Shown: piece by piece, positions 8,241 through 17,583 of the stretch
How the letters are laid out: every line of letters begins with the position of its first letter
How positions within the stretch are numbered: the first letter of the stretch is position 1
Made by a program: the position numbers and the translations under genes
Assembly (NCBI GenBank): GCA_049414405.1
Contig: JBMSAQ010000022.1
Span: forward strand, 30,001-62,000
DNA from: Candidatus Nanopusillus sp.
GTDB taxonomy: Archaea > Nanobdellota > Nanobdellia > Nanobdellales > Nanobdellaceae
Direction: 5' to 3'
Length of the DNA: 32,000 nt
The notes under the pieces: generated by a model
Databases searched by the model: none
Seen by the model: the letters and a program-made list of their open reading frames with translations, nothing else
Told to the model about the DNA's origin: nothing

Positions 8241-8289
8241 ATGAAGAAATCGATGTCGACTGAAAGATGATGAAAAGAGGGTATTCAGA
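8241..8289 (+). ncRNA. Box C/D sRNA (2'-O-methylation guide)
   Basis: The sequence reads ATGAAGA-aatcgatgtcga-CTGA-aag-ATGATGA-aaagagggtatt-CAGA, which is C-12nt-D'-3nt-C'-12nt-D with exact archaeal spacing. C' and D' are perfect, while C (UGAAGA) and D (CAGA) each carry one mismatch. An A/T-rich TATA-like stretch lies at about 8207-8220. Confidence 0.7.
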
Positions 8290-9231
8290 TCATAAAAATT
8301 CAGATATAATTATTGGCAATATAATTGTTATATCACCCCATATATTTACATGTTTTGCATTTTTTTTAATTTTTTTCCATGATATAGCTTCTTTTGTCTT
8401 TGCTCCAGATAAACTTCCATCCAATTCATTTGCAGAACTAATATATACTGCATATTCTAATCCTCCAGAGAATTGAGCCCACCATATTGTATGATGTTTT
8501 GAAATCCCACCACCCAAAATCAACGCTCCTACTTTTTTTTCTCCAAAGAATTTTGACGCTAGGAATTTTTCATCTTCCCATACAGATACCTGTATGTCTG
8601 GATAGTCATATTCTTTCATCAATATTTGTGTTCCAACTGCACCATCTGTAATTCCAGGTACAATTATTGGTATTTTATTTTTATATGACCAGTATATTAT
8701 ACTTTCTTCCTTTTTATCAAAATTTTCTAATCTTTTTCCAATTTCAAATATTAGTTCATATGTTGATATTAAATTCTTATTTCTATTTTTTAATTCTCTA
8801 AATATATCATCTAAAATTGATCTTAATGTATTTTCAATTGCTATACCATAATTTTCTTCTGGTATATAAATATTTCCTAACCTTAATATTCCTTCTTCTC
8901 TTAATTTTATATCGTCAGAATCAAAATATCCTAAATAATAGTCTTTTGTCAATCTTGCAATATCATGATCCAATGTTCCGGCTGTTGTAATAATTATGTC
9001 AAATAATTTATTTTTAATAATATCTTTAATTATACCTCTTATTCCAGTTGCAATAATATCTGCAGGAAAACTTAATACTTTAATTGTATTCTTATCATTT
9101 AGCATTTCTTTTAATATTTCATATCCTCTATATAATTCTTGTGCTTGAAATCCTCCAATATATCTAAATTGTTCAATTAAATTTCTTATTTTCATATCTT
9201 TATTTATTTTTAAATCTCTTACAGGATCCAT
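8290..9231 (-). CDS. dys: Deoxyhypusine synthase
   Basis: 313 aa. It has the typical DHS layout, including LILGGGISKHH (GGGxxKHH) and the N-terminal IGGFQAQEL... region. Confidence 0.9.
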   Translation of the reverse strand: MDPVRDLKINKDMKIRNLIEQFRYIGGFQAQELYRGYEILKEMLNDKNTIKVLSFPADIIATGIRGIIKDIIKNKLFDIIITTAGTLDHDIARLTKDYYLGYFDSDDIKLREEGILRLGNIYIPEENYGIAIENTLRSILDDIFRELKNRNKNLISTYELIFEIGKRLENFDKKEESIIYWSYKNKIPIIVPGITDGAVGTQILMKEYDYPDIQVSVWEDEKFLASKFFGEKKVGALILGGGISKHHTIWWAQFSGGLEYAVYISSANELDGSLSGAKTKEAISWKKIKKNAKHVNIWGDITIILPIIISEFL

Positions 9232-9260
9232 TTATAAAGTTTATATAAAAAGTTTTTAAA

Positions 9261-9590
9261 ATGGATTACATAACAATAGATGAATTTTCAAAAATAAAAT
9301 TGGTTGTTGGAAAGATTATAGATGTAAAAGATCATCCAAATGCAGATAGATTATATATATTAAAGGTTGATCTGGGAAATGAAGTAAGACAAATTGTATC
9401 GGGAATAAAACAATGGTATAAAAAGGAAGAATTACTAAATAAAAAGATAATAATTGTTTATAATCTATGGCCAAAAAATTTTAGAGGAGTAGAATCTCAG
9501 GGAATGCTATTAGCTGCGGAAGATGGAAATGGTAGTTTATCATTATTAACTGTTGATAAAGATATAAAAGAGGGGTCTTATGTACATTAA
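9261..9590 (+). CDS. tRNA-binding domain protein (Trbp111/CsaA/MetRS C-terminal-domain-like)
   Basis: 109 aa. KLVVGKIIDVKDHPNADRLYILKVDLG...SQGMLLAAED is the canonical OB-fold tRNA-binding domain signature. Confidence 0.85.
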   Translation: MDYITIDEFSKIKLVVGKIIDVKDHPNADRLYILKVDLGNEVRQIVSGIKQWYKKEELLNKKIIIVYNLWPKNFRGVESQGMLLAAEDGNGSLSLLTVDKDIKEGSYVH

Positions 9591-9598
9591 GAAAAATA

Positions 9599-10879
9599 TC
9601 AATCATTATTAAAGTTAAATAGTTCATAATAGCTTTTTTTGCTTATTTCTCCAGCAATGTTTGTTAAAAACATTTTTTTAGCTTCATCATAATTTTCTGT
9701 ATGACCCAAAACGTACATTAATTTTACATATGCTGTTTCTGGATGCATATCTTCTGCATATATAACTCCCAAATTATATAGTAATCTTGCATTACTATAT
9801 ACAAAAGGATTTGTTCTTCCAAATATTGTTTGAGATGTCATAACAAATATTGTACTTCTTTCTATTCCATATTTTATGTTTTCAATCCATGAATATTTTG
9901 TATCTATTGGATTTGTTGGTACATGACCAAAACCAGTTCCTTCTATTACTATTCCCTTATAATTTTTATCTACATAATATTTTATTATATCTGGATCTGA
10001 ACCAGGATATGCTTTTATTAATGCAACTTTTTTACATATTTTATCATCCAAATATGGATTATTGTTGTTTTTTTTTCTATAATCACCATCAATTATTTCT
10101 ATATTTTTATCATATGGAAATATCTTTGCTAATGGTAAAGAATTTATTGATTGAAAAGCATCCCTTCTTTCTGTATGCATTTTTCTAACTTTTGTTCCTC
10201 TATGTGCATATGAAAAATTGTCAGAACTACTTCCATGCATTACAACCGCTATTTCTGCAATGTCGGAATTATCATATATGGCAGAGGATAATAGATTAAA
10301 AAAAGCATCTGAAGATGGTCTATCAGAAGATCTTTGGGATCCAGTAATTGAAACTGGTTTATTTAAATCTTTTATAATAAAAGATAATGCTGCTGATGTA
10401 TAATGCATTGTATCAGTTCCATGTAATATTGTTACTCCATTTACATCATCATTTAATAATCTAACCAATATTTTTCCAATTTCTATCCAATTATCGGGTA
10501 CCATATCTTCTGAAGCAATTGAGAATGGTATTTCTGTATTTTTAATTTCAACATAATCTAATAGATCTGGTGCAAGATCAATTAATTCTTCTGGTTTAGT
10601 TAACATATGGACCCCGCCAGTTCTATAATCTATTTTTGATAATATTGTTCCACCAGTAGCCAATATTGATATTTTATTATTTTTATTTTCTAGCTTTTTA
10701 TATTCTTTATTTTCATATTTTGATTTTATTTCTTCTTTATTTAATTCCAAAATGTCATCATTTCTTATTCCAATGTTATAACCATTTTTTAATTTTATTA
10801 TAATAAATTCTGACGTTTCATTCACTAAATAACCTTCAAACACTTTGTTATCTTTTGTTTTTACTTTTGCATATTTCAT
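9599..10879 (-). CDS. gatD: Glutamyl-tRNA(Gln) amidotransferase subunit D
   Basis: 426 aa. A GatD-specific N-terminal domain is followed by an asparaginase-like core (ILATGGTI..., HGTDTM...). Confidence 0.88.
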   Translation of the reverse strand: MKYAKVKTKDNKVFEGYLVNETSEFIIIKLKNGYNIGIRNDDILELNKEEIKSKYENKEYKKLENKNNKISILATGGTILSKIDYRTGGVHMLTKPEELIDLAPDLLDYVEIKNTEIPFSIASEDMVPDNWIEIGKILVRLLNDDVNGVTILHGTDTMHYTSAALSFIIKDLNKPVSITGSQRSSDRPSSDAFFNLLSSAIYDNSDIAEIAVVMHGSSSDNFSYAHRGTKVRKMHTERRDAFQSINSLPLAKIFPYDKNIEIIDGDYRKKNNNNPYLDDKICKKVALIKAYPGSDPDIIKYYVDKNYKGIVIEGTGFGHVPTNPIDTKYSWIENIKYGIERSTIFVMTSQTIFGRTNPFVYSNARLLYNLGVIYAEDMHPETAYVKLMYVLGHTENYDEAKKMFLTNIAGEISKKSYYELFNFNND

Positions 10880-10941
10880 AAAAAGATTTTATATAAAAAA
10901 TATTTTAACTTTTTTGCTATAGGGGTAATAATTAATAGAAA

Positions 10942-11235
10942 TTATCTCAATGAATAAATATAATTTGTTCCATTTATATTGCATATAATATTCGTCGAAT
11001 TATAATAACAATTTACATATGTTTGATTTATGCTATTTAAATAACATTGAGAAAAATTATAAACTTGTCCTAGAAATGCGTAATTCATCATATTTTGTGC
11101 ACAATCAGCATATGCTATAATATTTGAATTCATACGAATGATATCTGTCGATAAATATTGAATGGTAGCTATTATCGATGCTGCTATAATTAATGCTGGT
11201 AATATAATCATTGGAAAGGTTGATTCTAACTTCAT
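10942..11235 (-). CDS. Small secreted/membrane-anchored N/Y/Cys-rich protein
   Basis: 97 aa. It has an N-terminal hydrophobic segment (MKLESTFPMIILPALIIAASIIA), followed by 4 Cys and several N-x-S/T sequons (NFS, NQT, NST, NGT). Its composition resembles the large ORF at 1-1925. Confidence 0.5.
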   Translation of the reverse strand: MKLESTFPMIILPALIIAASIIATIQYLSTDIIRMNSNIIAYADCAQNMMNYAFLGQVYNFSQCYLNSINQTYVNCYYNSTNIICNINGTNYIYSLR

Positions 11236-11519
11236 AATAATAATGGTTATAAAAAATTTTATAAATTCTATATTTTTTGATTATCTTATAAGTTATTTAA
11301 TGACAATAATTTAAACAATATTTAAAAATTTTTCTATTAATGATTATCTTAACATGATTTTTTAATTATTCAAAAATATTTGTTAGATATTTATATAACT
11401 TATAAACATATTATTTCATGTTAAAAAATATCTTAACTTTATGGAAATTTACTAAAATTTTCAAAAAACACTATTTTTTTATAGAAATATTTTTAATATA
11501 TAAAATTCCATAACTATAA

Positions 11520-12605
11520 ATGGCAGAGGTTAATAGTAAAATGGAAGAAGAAATAATAGGAGTATCGCCAGGAGAGGAGTTTAAATTGTTGCCAACAATA
11601 AAAATAATAGGTGCAGGTGGGGCAGGAAGCAATATGGCGGATTGGTTATATAGAATGAATATAAAAGGTGCAGAAGTAATTGCAGCAAATACAGATTATG
11701 CTCATTTAAAGATAGTTAAAGCTCATAAAAAGATTTTATTAGGTAAAGAAGTTACAAGAGGACTGGGTGCTGGAGGATTACCATCAAAAGGAATGGAGGC
11801 TGCAAGAGCCTCTCAATCAGATTTAAGAAAATTATTAGAAGGTGCAGATATGGTTTGGATACTATTAGGTTTGGGAGGCGGAACTGGAACGGGAGGAGCA
11901 CCAGTTGTTGCACAAATAGCAAAAGAAGCCGGAGTACCACTTGTAGTGGCAGTTGCAACATTACCTTTCTATAATGAAGGTGTAGTAAGAAGAGAAAAAG
12001 CAGAAGAAGGTTTAGTACAATTAAGAAAATATGCAGACAATGTTATATTAATTGATAATAACAAAATATTACAATATGCTGGTAATCTACCATTTACACA
12101 AGCATTTGGGTATGCAAATAACTTAATAGGACAAATGATAAAAGGTTTAGTAGAAACATTTGATAAAGCTTCATATATTAACTTAGATTTTGCAGATGTA
12201 AAAACCGTATTGGGTGTAGGTGGAGCTTCAATAGTAGGTATTGGAATTGCAGATGATGAAAAGAGGGCAGTAACTGCAGCAAAAAGAGCATTAGAATTAC
12301 CATTATTAGATGTTGATTATAATGGAGCAGCTGGTGCATTGGTACATGTTGAAGGTGGACATGATATGACATTGAATGAAATAAATGAAGTAATGGAATA
12401 TATAAAGCAACATCTTGGAGAAGATGCATTAACAATAATGGGTGCAAGACAATCTGAAGATATGAAAGGAAAGATAAAGGTTACAGTAATTGTATCTGGA
12501 GTTAAGAGTCCATATATATTAGGAAAATGGAAGGAAGAATGGGAATCTGGAGGATTAACAAAGGTAAGGAAAGATGTAAACCTAGGTATTGATATATTAC
12601 AGTAG
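11520..12605 (+). CDS. ftsZ: Cell division protein FtsZ
   Basis: 361 aa, with the GAGGAGSN and GLGGGTGTGGAPV tubulin signature motifs. Confidence 0.95.
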   Translation: MAEVNSKMEEEIIGVSPGEEFKLLPTIKIIGAGGAGSNMADWLYRMNIKGAEVIAANTDYAHLKIVKAHKKILLGKEVTRGLGAGGLPSKGMEAARASQSDLRKLLEGADMVWILLGLGGGTGTGGAPVVAQIAKEAGVPLVVAVATLPFYNEGVVRREKAEEGLVQLRKYADNVILIDNNKILQYAGNLPFTQAFGYANNLIGQMIKGLVETFDKASYINLDFADVKTVLGVGGASIVGIGIADDEKRAVTAAKRALELPLLDVDYNGAAGALVHVEGGHDMTLNEINEVMEYIKQHLGEDALTIMGARQSEDMKGKIKVTVIVSGVKSPYILGKWKEEWESGGLTKVRKDVNLGIDILQ

Positions 12606-12637
12606 ACTTTTTTTAATTTAATTTTATATATTTTTTA

Positions 12638-14332
12638 ATGGAGTTTGCAAAGCTAGCTGAAGTTTTTAGGAAATTAGAATCAGTTTCTGAAAAAAATCAA
12701 AAAACAGAGATATTGGCAAGATTCATTAAAGAAATAGATAAAGATTCTTTAAAAGAGACATTTATGTTATTACAAGGAATAATTTTTTATCCATGGGAAG
12801 ATAAAGATATAGGGATAGCTGAAAAATTTACTATTAGAGCTTTATCTTTGGCTACTGGCTATGATAAAAATTATATTGAAGGTTTGTTTATAAAGACTGG
12901 AGATCTTGGAGTTATTGCAGAGAAATTAGTAATGGAAAAAAAGCAAAAATCGATATTTACAAAAAAATTAACTATAAAGGATGTATATAATACTTTTAGA
13001 ATGATAGGAGAGCTTGAAGGGGAAGGAACACAAGATAAAAAGATCAGATATTTAGCTAATTTATTTATTTCATCATCACCAATAGAAGCAAAATACATTG
13101 CAAGATTAACATTAGGAGATCTAAAAATAGGGGTTGGAGAAGGAATTATAATTGATTCTATAGCCACAGCTTTTAGTTTACCATCAGAAAGTGTAGAAAT
13201 TGCATATTCAATTTTGAATGACTTTGGCGAGTTAGTAAAGCAAATTTTAGAAAAAGGAAAGGATATTGTATTTAAATTAGAACCAATATTAGGAAATCCA
13301 ATTAGGGTAATGCTGGCAATAAAAGTGGAAAATGCTAAAGAAGCTTTAGATGTTGTTGGAAGACCTGCACAAGTTGAGTATAAATATGACGGATTTAGAG
13401 TTCAAATACATAAAAAGAGAGATCAAATATCTTTATGGACAAGAAGATTGGAAAATGTAACGAAACAATTTCCAGATGTAATAGAATATATCAAAGAATG
13501 TTTTCCAAATGATAAAGATTTTTTAGTAGAGGGGGAAATTGTTGGATATGATAAGGAAAATAAAAAATATTTGCCATTTCAGAGAATTTCTAGGAGAATT
13601 AGAAGAAAATATGATATAGAAAAAATGGTTAAAGAAATACCAGTTGTTGTTAGAGTTTTTGATATAATTTATTATGATGGGAAATCTTTAATAAATACAT
13701 CATTTAAAGAAAGAAGAAAGATATTAGAATCAATAATAAAGCAAGATATAAATAAAATATCTCTATCAGAAAGCATAATAACATCTTCGGATGAAGAAGC
13801 TCAAAGATTTTTCGTGGAAACAATCAATAATGGCTTAGAGGGCGTTATATTTAAGAAATTGGATGCACCGTATCATCCTGGAAGAAGGGTTGGTTATATG
13901 GTTAAATTAAAACCTGTGAAAGAATCCCTAGATGTTGTAATAGTTGGTGCTGAATGGGGTGAAGGAAAGAGAAGTGGATGGTTAACATCTTTTGTAATTG
14001 CTGTTAGAGATGAAAAAACAAGAAAATTATTAGAAGTTGGCGAAGTCGGAAGTGGATTTAAAGAAAAAAAAGAAGATCCAGATGATGTAACGTTTGAAGA
14101 AATGACAGAAATGTTAAAAGATTATATAGAAGAACAAAGCGGAAAATATGTAAAAGTTAAACCAAAAATTGTAATAGAAGTATTGTATGATGAAATAGAA
14201 AAAAGTCCAAAATATTCTTCTGGCTATGCATTAAGGTTTCCCAGGTTTGTTAGACTTAGACCTGATAAATCTGTTGAGGAAACTGATACCATTGATAGGT
14301 TGATAGAACTATATAAAAGCCAAAAAAGATAA
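12638..14332 (+). CDS. lig: ATP-dependent DNA ligase
   Basis: 564 aa. The adenylation motif is EYKYDGFRVQIH (KxDG), followed by EGEIV, the LEGVIFK and MVKLK motifs, and an OB domain. Confidence 0.93.
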   Translation: MEFAKLAEVFRKLESVSEKNQKTEILARFIKEIDKDSLKETFMLLQGIIFYPWEDKDIGIAEKFTIRALSLATGYDKNYIEGLFIKTGDLGVIAEKLVMEKKQKSIFTKKLTIKDVYNTFRMIGELEGEGTQDKKIRYLANLFISSSPIEAKYIARLTLGDLKIGVGEGIIIDSIATAFSLPSESVEIAYSILNDFGELVKQILEKGKDIVFKLEPILGNPIRVMLAIKVENAKEALDVVGRPAQVEYKYDGFRVQIHKKRDQISLWTRRLENVTKQFPDVIEYIKECFPNDKDFLVEGEIVGYDKENKKYLPFQRISRRIRRKYDIEKMVKEIPVVVRVFDIIYYDGKSLINTSFKERRKILESIIKQDINKISLSESIITSSDEEAQRFFVETINNGLEGVIFKKLDAPYHPGRRVGYMVKLKPVKESLDVVIVGAEWGEGKRSGWLTSFVIAVRDEKTRKLLEVGEVGSGFKEKKEDPDDVTFEEMTEMLKDYIEEQSGKYVKVKPKIVIEVLYDEIEKSPKYSSGYALRFPRFVRLRPDKSVEETDTIDRLIELYKSQKR

Positions 14333-14368
14333 TTCTATTTTTAAGTTTTTTATTATATATAGATAAAT

Positions 14369-15205
14369 ATGGTTATAAGTGAAGAGTTGGTAGAAAAGAT
14401 AAAGTCATCTTTTAATTTGAATACTTATGAGGCCAGAATATGGTTGGCCTTATTAATGAAGGGTGTTGCAACGGCTGGTGAATTAGCAGATATTGCAGAT
14501 ATACCAAGATCAAGGGCTTATGATGTTTTAGAATCATTAGAAAAGAAAGGATTTGTTGTCATGAAACTTGGTAAACCAATAAAATATATTGCTGTTCCAC
14601 CTACAGAAGTTGTTGAAAGAGTAAAAAGAAAATATGAAGAAATTATGTCAAGAAGAATTAATGAATTGGAAAAAGTAAAAGCTTCTGATTTAATAAGAGA
14701 ATTAGATGCATTGCACAAATCTGGTGCCGGATCTATTGATGTTTCTGAAAAATCTGGAGCAATAAGAGGACAACAAAATATAATAAGTCATTTAGAATCT
14801 ATGTTAAAAGAAGCACAAAAACATGTAAATATTGTTACAACTCAATTGACATTTGTTAGGGATGCAATTGCATTAAAACCAGTATTTTATGAATTAAAAG
14901 AAAGACAAATACCGGTTAGAATTGTAACACCAATCGATGAAAGAAATGCAAAATATGTTCAAGAGTTAATGAATGTAGTTGAAATATACGATGCTGGAAA
15001 TTATAGGGGAAGAATTGTTACAATAGATTCTGAAGAAATATTAATGATGTTATTTGATGAAAAGGAGGTTCCATCTTCAATGGATGTTGCCGTTTGGTTA
15101 TATGCACCAGCATTAGCAAAATTCATAGATGAAATGATTGAAGTATTATTACCAAAATTAAAACCAGCACAACAAAGTTTGGTTGAAAAGAAATTAATAG
15201 TATAG
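14369..15205 (+). CDS. TrmB-family transcriptional regulator
   Basis: 278 aa. The N-terminal wHTH is YEARIWLALLMKGVATAGELADIADIPRSRAYDVLESLEKKGFV, followed by a coiled coil and a C-terminal TrmB-type domain. Confidence 0.85.
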   Translation: MVISEELVEKIKSSFNLNTYEARIWLALLMKGVATAGELADIADIPRSRAYDVLESLEKKGFVVMKLGKPIKYIAVPPTEVVERVKRKYEEIMSRRINELEKVKASDLIRELDALHKSGAGSIDVSEKSGAIRGQQNIISHLESMLKEAQKHVNIVTTQLTFVRDAIALKPVFYELKERQIPVRIVTPIDERNAKYVQELMNVVEIYDAGNYRGRIVTIDSEEILMMLFDEKEVPSSMDVAVWLYAPALAKFIDEMIEVLLPKLKPAQQSLVEKKLIV

Positions 15206-15206
15206 A

Positions 15207-15812
15207 TTATATTTTTTCAAATACTCTTTTAAAATAATTCGTAATGCTTTTTATATTCTTAAACAGAGGATAAAATTGTGGTTTATATACTTTGTTTCCC
15301 CATTTTTCAAAGAATGTTATATCATATAAATTTGGTCTAATGGGTTCTTTTGGTTTTTCATTTGGATATCCCATTGCAATTATGATATGTATATTTTTAT
15401 CTTTTGGTATTTCTAATAGATTTTTTATACTTTCTTCATTAAAAGAACCTATCCAACAAGTTCCAATGTTCTTATCAGTAGCAGCTAATAAAATATTTTC
15501 TGCTATTGCCGCAGTATCTTGTATTGCAAATATTTGTCCTTTTTCTCCATATAATGATTTTAGTTTATTGTCATCAGATATAATAATTATCAATGTATTT
15601 GCATCTTTTATAAAATCTTGATCAGCAAATTCGGAAATTTTCTTTATTTTTTCAGGATCTTTTATAATGATAAAATAATAATGCGATATATTTCCAGCTA
15701 TTGGTGCTAATATTCCTAAGGATAGTATTTCCAATATATCTTCGTATGGAATATCATCATCTAAATATTTTCTAATACTTCTTCTATTTCTTATAGCATC
15801 TTTTAATTCCAT
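15207..15812 (-). CDS. Nitroreductase-family flavoprotein
   Basis: 201 aa, with the IRNRRSIRKY N-terminal signature and ...IGTCWIG... of the nitroreductase fold. Confidence 0.8.
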   Translation of the reverse strand: MELKDAIRNRRSIRKYLDDDIPYEDILEILSLGILAPIAGNISHYYFIIIKDPEKIKKISEFADQDFIKDANTLIIIISDDNKLKSLYGEKGQIFAIQDTAAIAENILLAATDKNIGTCWIGSFNEESIKNLLEIPKDKNIHIIIAMGYPNEKPKEPIRPNLYDITFFEKWGNKVYKPQFYPLFKNIKSITNYFKRVFEKI

Positions 15813-15845
15813 AATATTTCTTTATTTTTTGTTTTATAAAAGATT

Positions 15846-16205
15846 TTATTTTTTATATGAAAATGAAGAAATTATTGTAAAGAGCAAGAGTATTGAAAAC
15901 ACATAATGATCATTTGCAGTATTTAATAATGTTAGAAATATTATTATTGATATCTGTAGTACAATAATAAGATTTTTGTAATGTTTTCTATAAATTAATA
16001 TATAAATAAAAGCAAATATTATCATATAATAATTGAAATAAACAAGAGAAATTAATAATATCAATGAAATAATCTGCATTTTTTTATAATATTTTTCAAT
16101 ATCATCTTCTATATATCTTCTTGTATATATAGATATTATCAAAGCAAACAATAATATTAAAAATACAAATGTTTGATCTAATGATGGGATTATGTAATTT
16201 TCCAT
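15846..16205 (-). CDS. Hypothetical integral membrane protein
   Basis: 119 aa, with about 4 hydrophobic segments. No family recognised. Confidence 0.4.
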   Translation of the reverse strand: MENYIIPSLDQTFVFLILLFALIISIYTRRYIEDDIEKYYKKMQIISLILLISLVYFNYYMIIFAFIYILIYRKHYKNLIIVLQISIIIFLTLLNTANDHYVFSILLLFTIISSFSYKK

Positions 16206-16219
16206 TTATATTATATTCT

Positions 16220-17104
16220 ATGAATAATAATTATAATACTTTGCTTATAACTGAAAAAGGTTTGGAGAATATTACAATTAAGGAAATAGAAAAGATATTA
16301 AATAGAAGTGTAGATTATAACATAATTGAAAAGAAAAACAAAATTTTAATTTATATAAATTTGAATTTTGAAGAAAGATTAAATTTGTTGTTTAATTCTA
16401 GAACAATAGATAATATATTATATATGAAAGGAGATAAATATGAATATTTTCTATTAAAAAATCTATATGAAAGAGGATATCAGCTAAAAAAGATTGAAAA
16501 ATTAAAACCAACATTGGTAAATAAAATTATATATTATTCAGATATTAGGGAAAATGAAGAAATATTAAACATAATGGATGATGGTTCCTTTTCTATAGAA
16601 CAGGGCATATATATAAAAAACATATTACCAATATTCTGGAGAAGAAAGGAAATTTCTAAATATATGGATTATTTTGAAAAATACATGAATATAAAGAAAA
16701 AAGTTAATATTAAGATATATTGTGTTAATAAAGATAAAAATAAATTATTATTAATGGAGAGAAATTCTGAGAATGCTTTAGTAAATGACATAATATTTTT
16801 TAGAAAATTGAATATAGAATGGATTGACTTAAAATTCAAAGATGGATCAATTGATAAAATATTTACTTTTAGAATAAAAAAAAATCCAGAATTAAATATA
16901 AAAGATAAATATATTTTTTATCATTCAGACAAATTGCTAAAAGATAAGGGAAAATTATATTTATTATTATATAGTTATGATTATAAAAAAATCCTAGAGA
17001 ATATAATAAATTATATTAAAAAGTATTCGCTAATATACATTGATTCATTTTATCTATATAATTATAACAAAAAATTACTTTTAATTGTATTAGAAAAAAT
17101 TTAA
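16220..17104 (+). CDS. Hypothetical protein; faint resemblance to Trm11/Trm14-type (THUMP-associated) methyltransferases, with a degenerate SAM motif
   Basis: I chose the internal start at 16220 (MNNNYNTLLITEKGLENITIKEIEKIL) to avoid overlapping the divergent ORF. LKPTLVNKIIYYSD...ILNIMDDGSFSIEQG lines up with the L.p.LA...l.....llDPmCGSGTilIE pattern, but the G-rich SAM loop is lost. This is a weak call. Confidence 0.3.
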   Translation: MNNNYNTLLITEKGLENITIKEIEKILNRSVDYNIIEKKNKILIYINLNFEERLNLLFNSRTIDNILYMKGDKYEYFLLKNLYERGYQLKKIEKLKPTLVNKIIYYSDIRENEEILNIMDDGSFSIEQGIYIKNILPIFWRRKEISKYMDYFEKYMNIKKKVNIKIYCVNKDKNKLLLMERNSENALVNDIIFFRKLNIEWIDLKFKDGSIDKIFTFRIKKNPELNIKDKYIFYHSDKLLKDKGKLYLLLYSYDYKKILENIINYIKKYSLIYIDSFYLYNYNKKLLLIVLEKI

Positions 17105-17117
17105 AAATGGTTTAATT

Positions 17118-17303
17118 ATGAATTTTATTATGGATATAACCGAATTAGAAAAAACAAATGTATGGAGAAACTTAATAGTAAGTGATACAGTAGTAAGATT
17201 TATATGTCCAAATTGTGGTCAAGGAGTAATAATAAGGAGTAATAAAGAGAAAAAATTGGGTTTGGAATGGAAATGTCTGGTTTGCGGTTATACTGGACCA
17301 TAA
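17118..17303 (+). CDS. Zn-ribbon protein (COG2888-like, translation-associated)
   Basis: 61 aa, with CPNCG...CLVCGYTGP (two CxxC knuckles). It sits immediately upstream of aEF-1beta, which is the conserved archaeal neighbourhood for this family. Confidence 0.7.
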   Translation: MNFIMDITELEKTNVWRNLIVSDTVVRFICPNCGQGVIIRSNKEKKLGLEWKCLVCGYTGP

Positions 17304-17304
17304 G

Positions 17305-17583
17305 ATGGGAAGATATGTTGTTATAACATTAAAAATATCTCCAAATGATGTTGATGTAGATTTAGAAAAAATAAATGAGAAAGTAAAAGATATAATAAAG
17401 AATTTTGGTGGTCAATATTTATCTCACGAAATACAACCAATAGCCTTTGGATTAAATTCTCTAAATGTTAAGTTTTTATATCCAGATCAAGAATTTAGAG
17501 AGGAAGAATTATTAAATCAGATAAATAATATAGAAGAGGTGAGTAGTTCTGAAGTTATTTCAGTATCCTTGGCCCAGTTATAA
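17305..17583 (+). CDS. Translation elongation factor aEF-1 beta
   Basis: 92 aa. MGRYVVITLKISPNDVDVDLEKI...IAFGLNSL... matches the archaeal EF-1beta layout and size. Confidence 0.85.
   Translation: MGRYVVITLKISPNDVDVDLEKINEKVKDIIKNFGGQYLSHEIQPIAFGLNSLNVKFLYPDQEFREEELLNQINNIEEVSSSEVISVSLAQL

Noticed and set aside
9684-9690. Perfect minus-strand AUGAUGA boxes inside CDSs (9684, 10446, 10750, 11085, 13070, 15755, 25650, 26385 and others), and plus-strand ones at 4510, 12253, 14188, 19796 and 22970
   Set aside because: I checked each for CUGA at +12 nt and for the D'-N3-C' arrangement, and none fits. They are explained by Asp/Glu/Met codons (GAT GAA, ATG ATG) in coding sequence.
11236-11519. Unusually long (284 nt) spacer upstream of ftsZ as a hidden gene or ncRNA
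   Set aside because: It is uniformly AT-rich, with no GC spike, no C/D boxes (no CUGA at all) and no ORF of useful length. It is most simply a divergent promoter region. The repeated atcttaac 8-mer is within chance expectation.
12251-12267. 17-nt identity (agatgatgaaaagaggg) between ftsZ and the C'-box/D-guide region of the sRNA at 8265-8281
   Set aside because: It is same-sense identity, not complementarity, so it cannot be a guide-target pair. A rough composition-corrected expectation for one such 17-mer match in 32 kb of AT-rich DNA is not negligible. In ftsZ, no D box follows at 12 nt.
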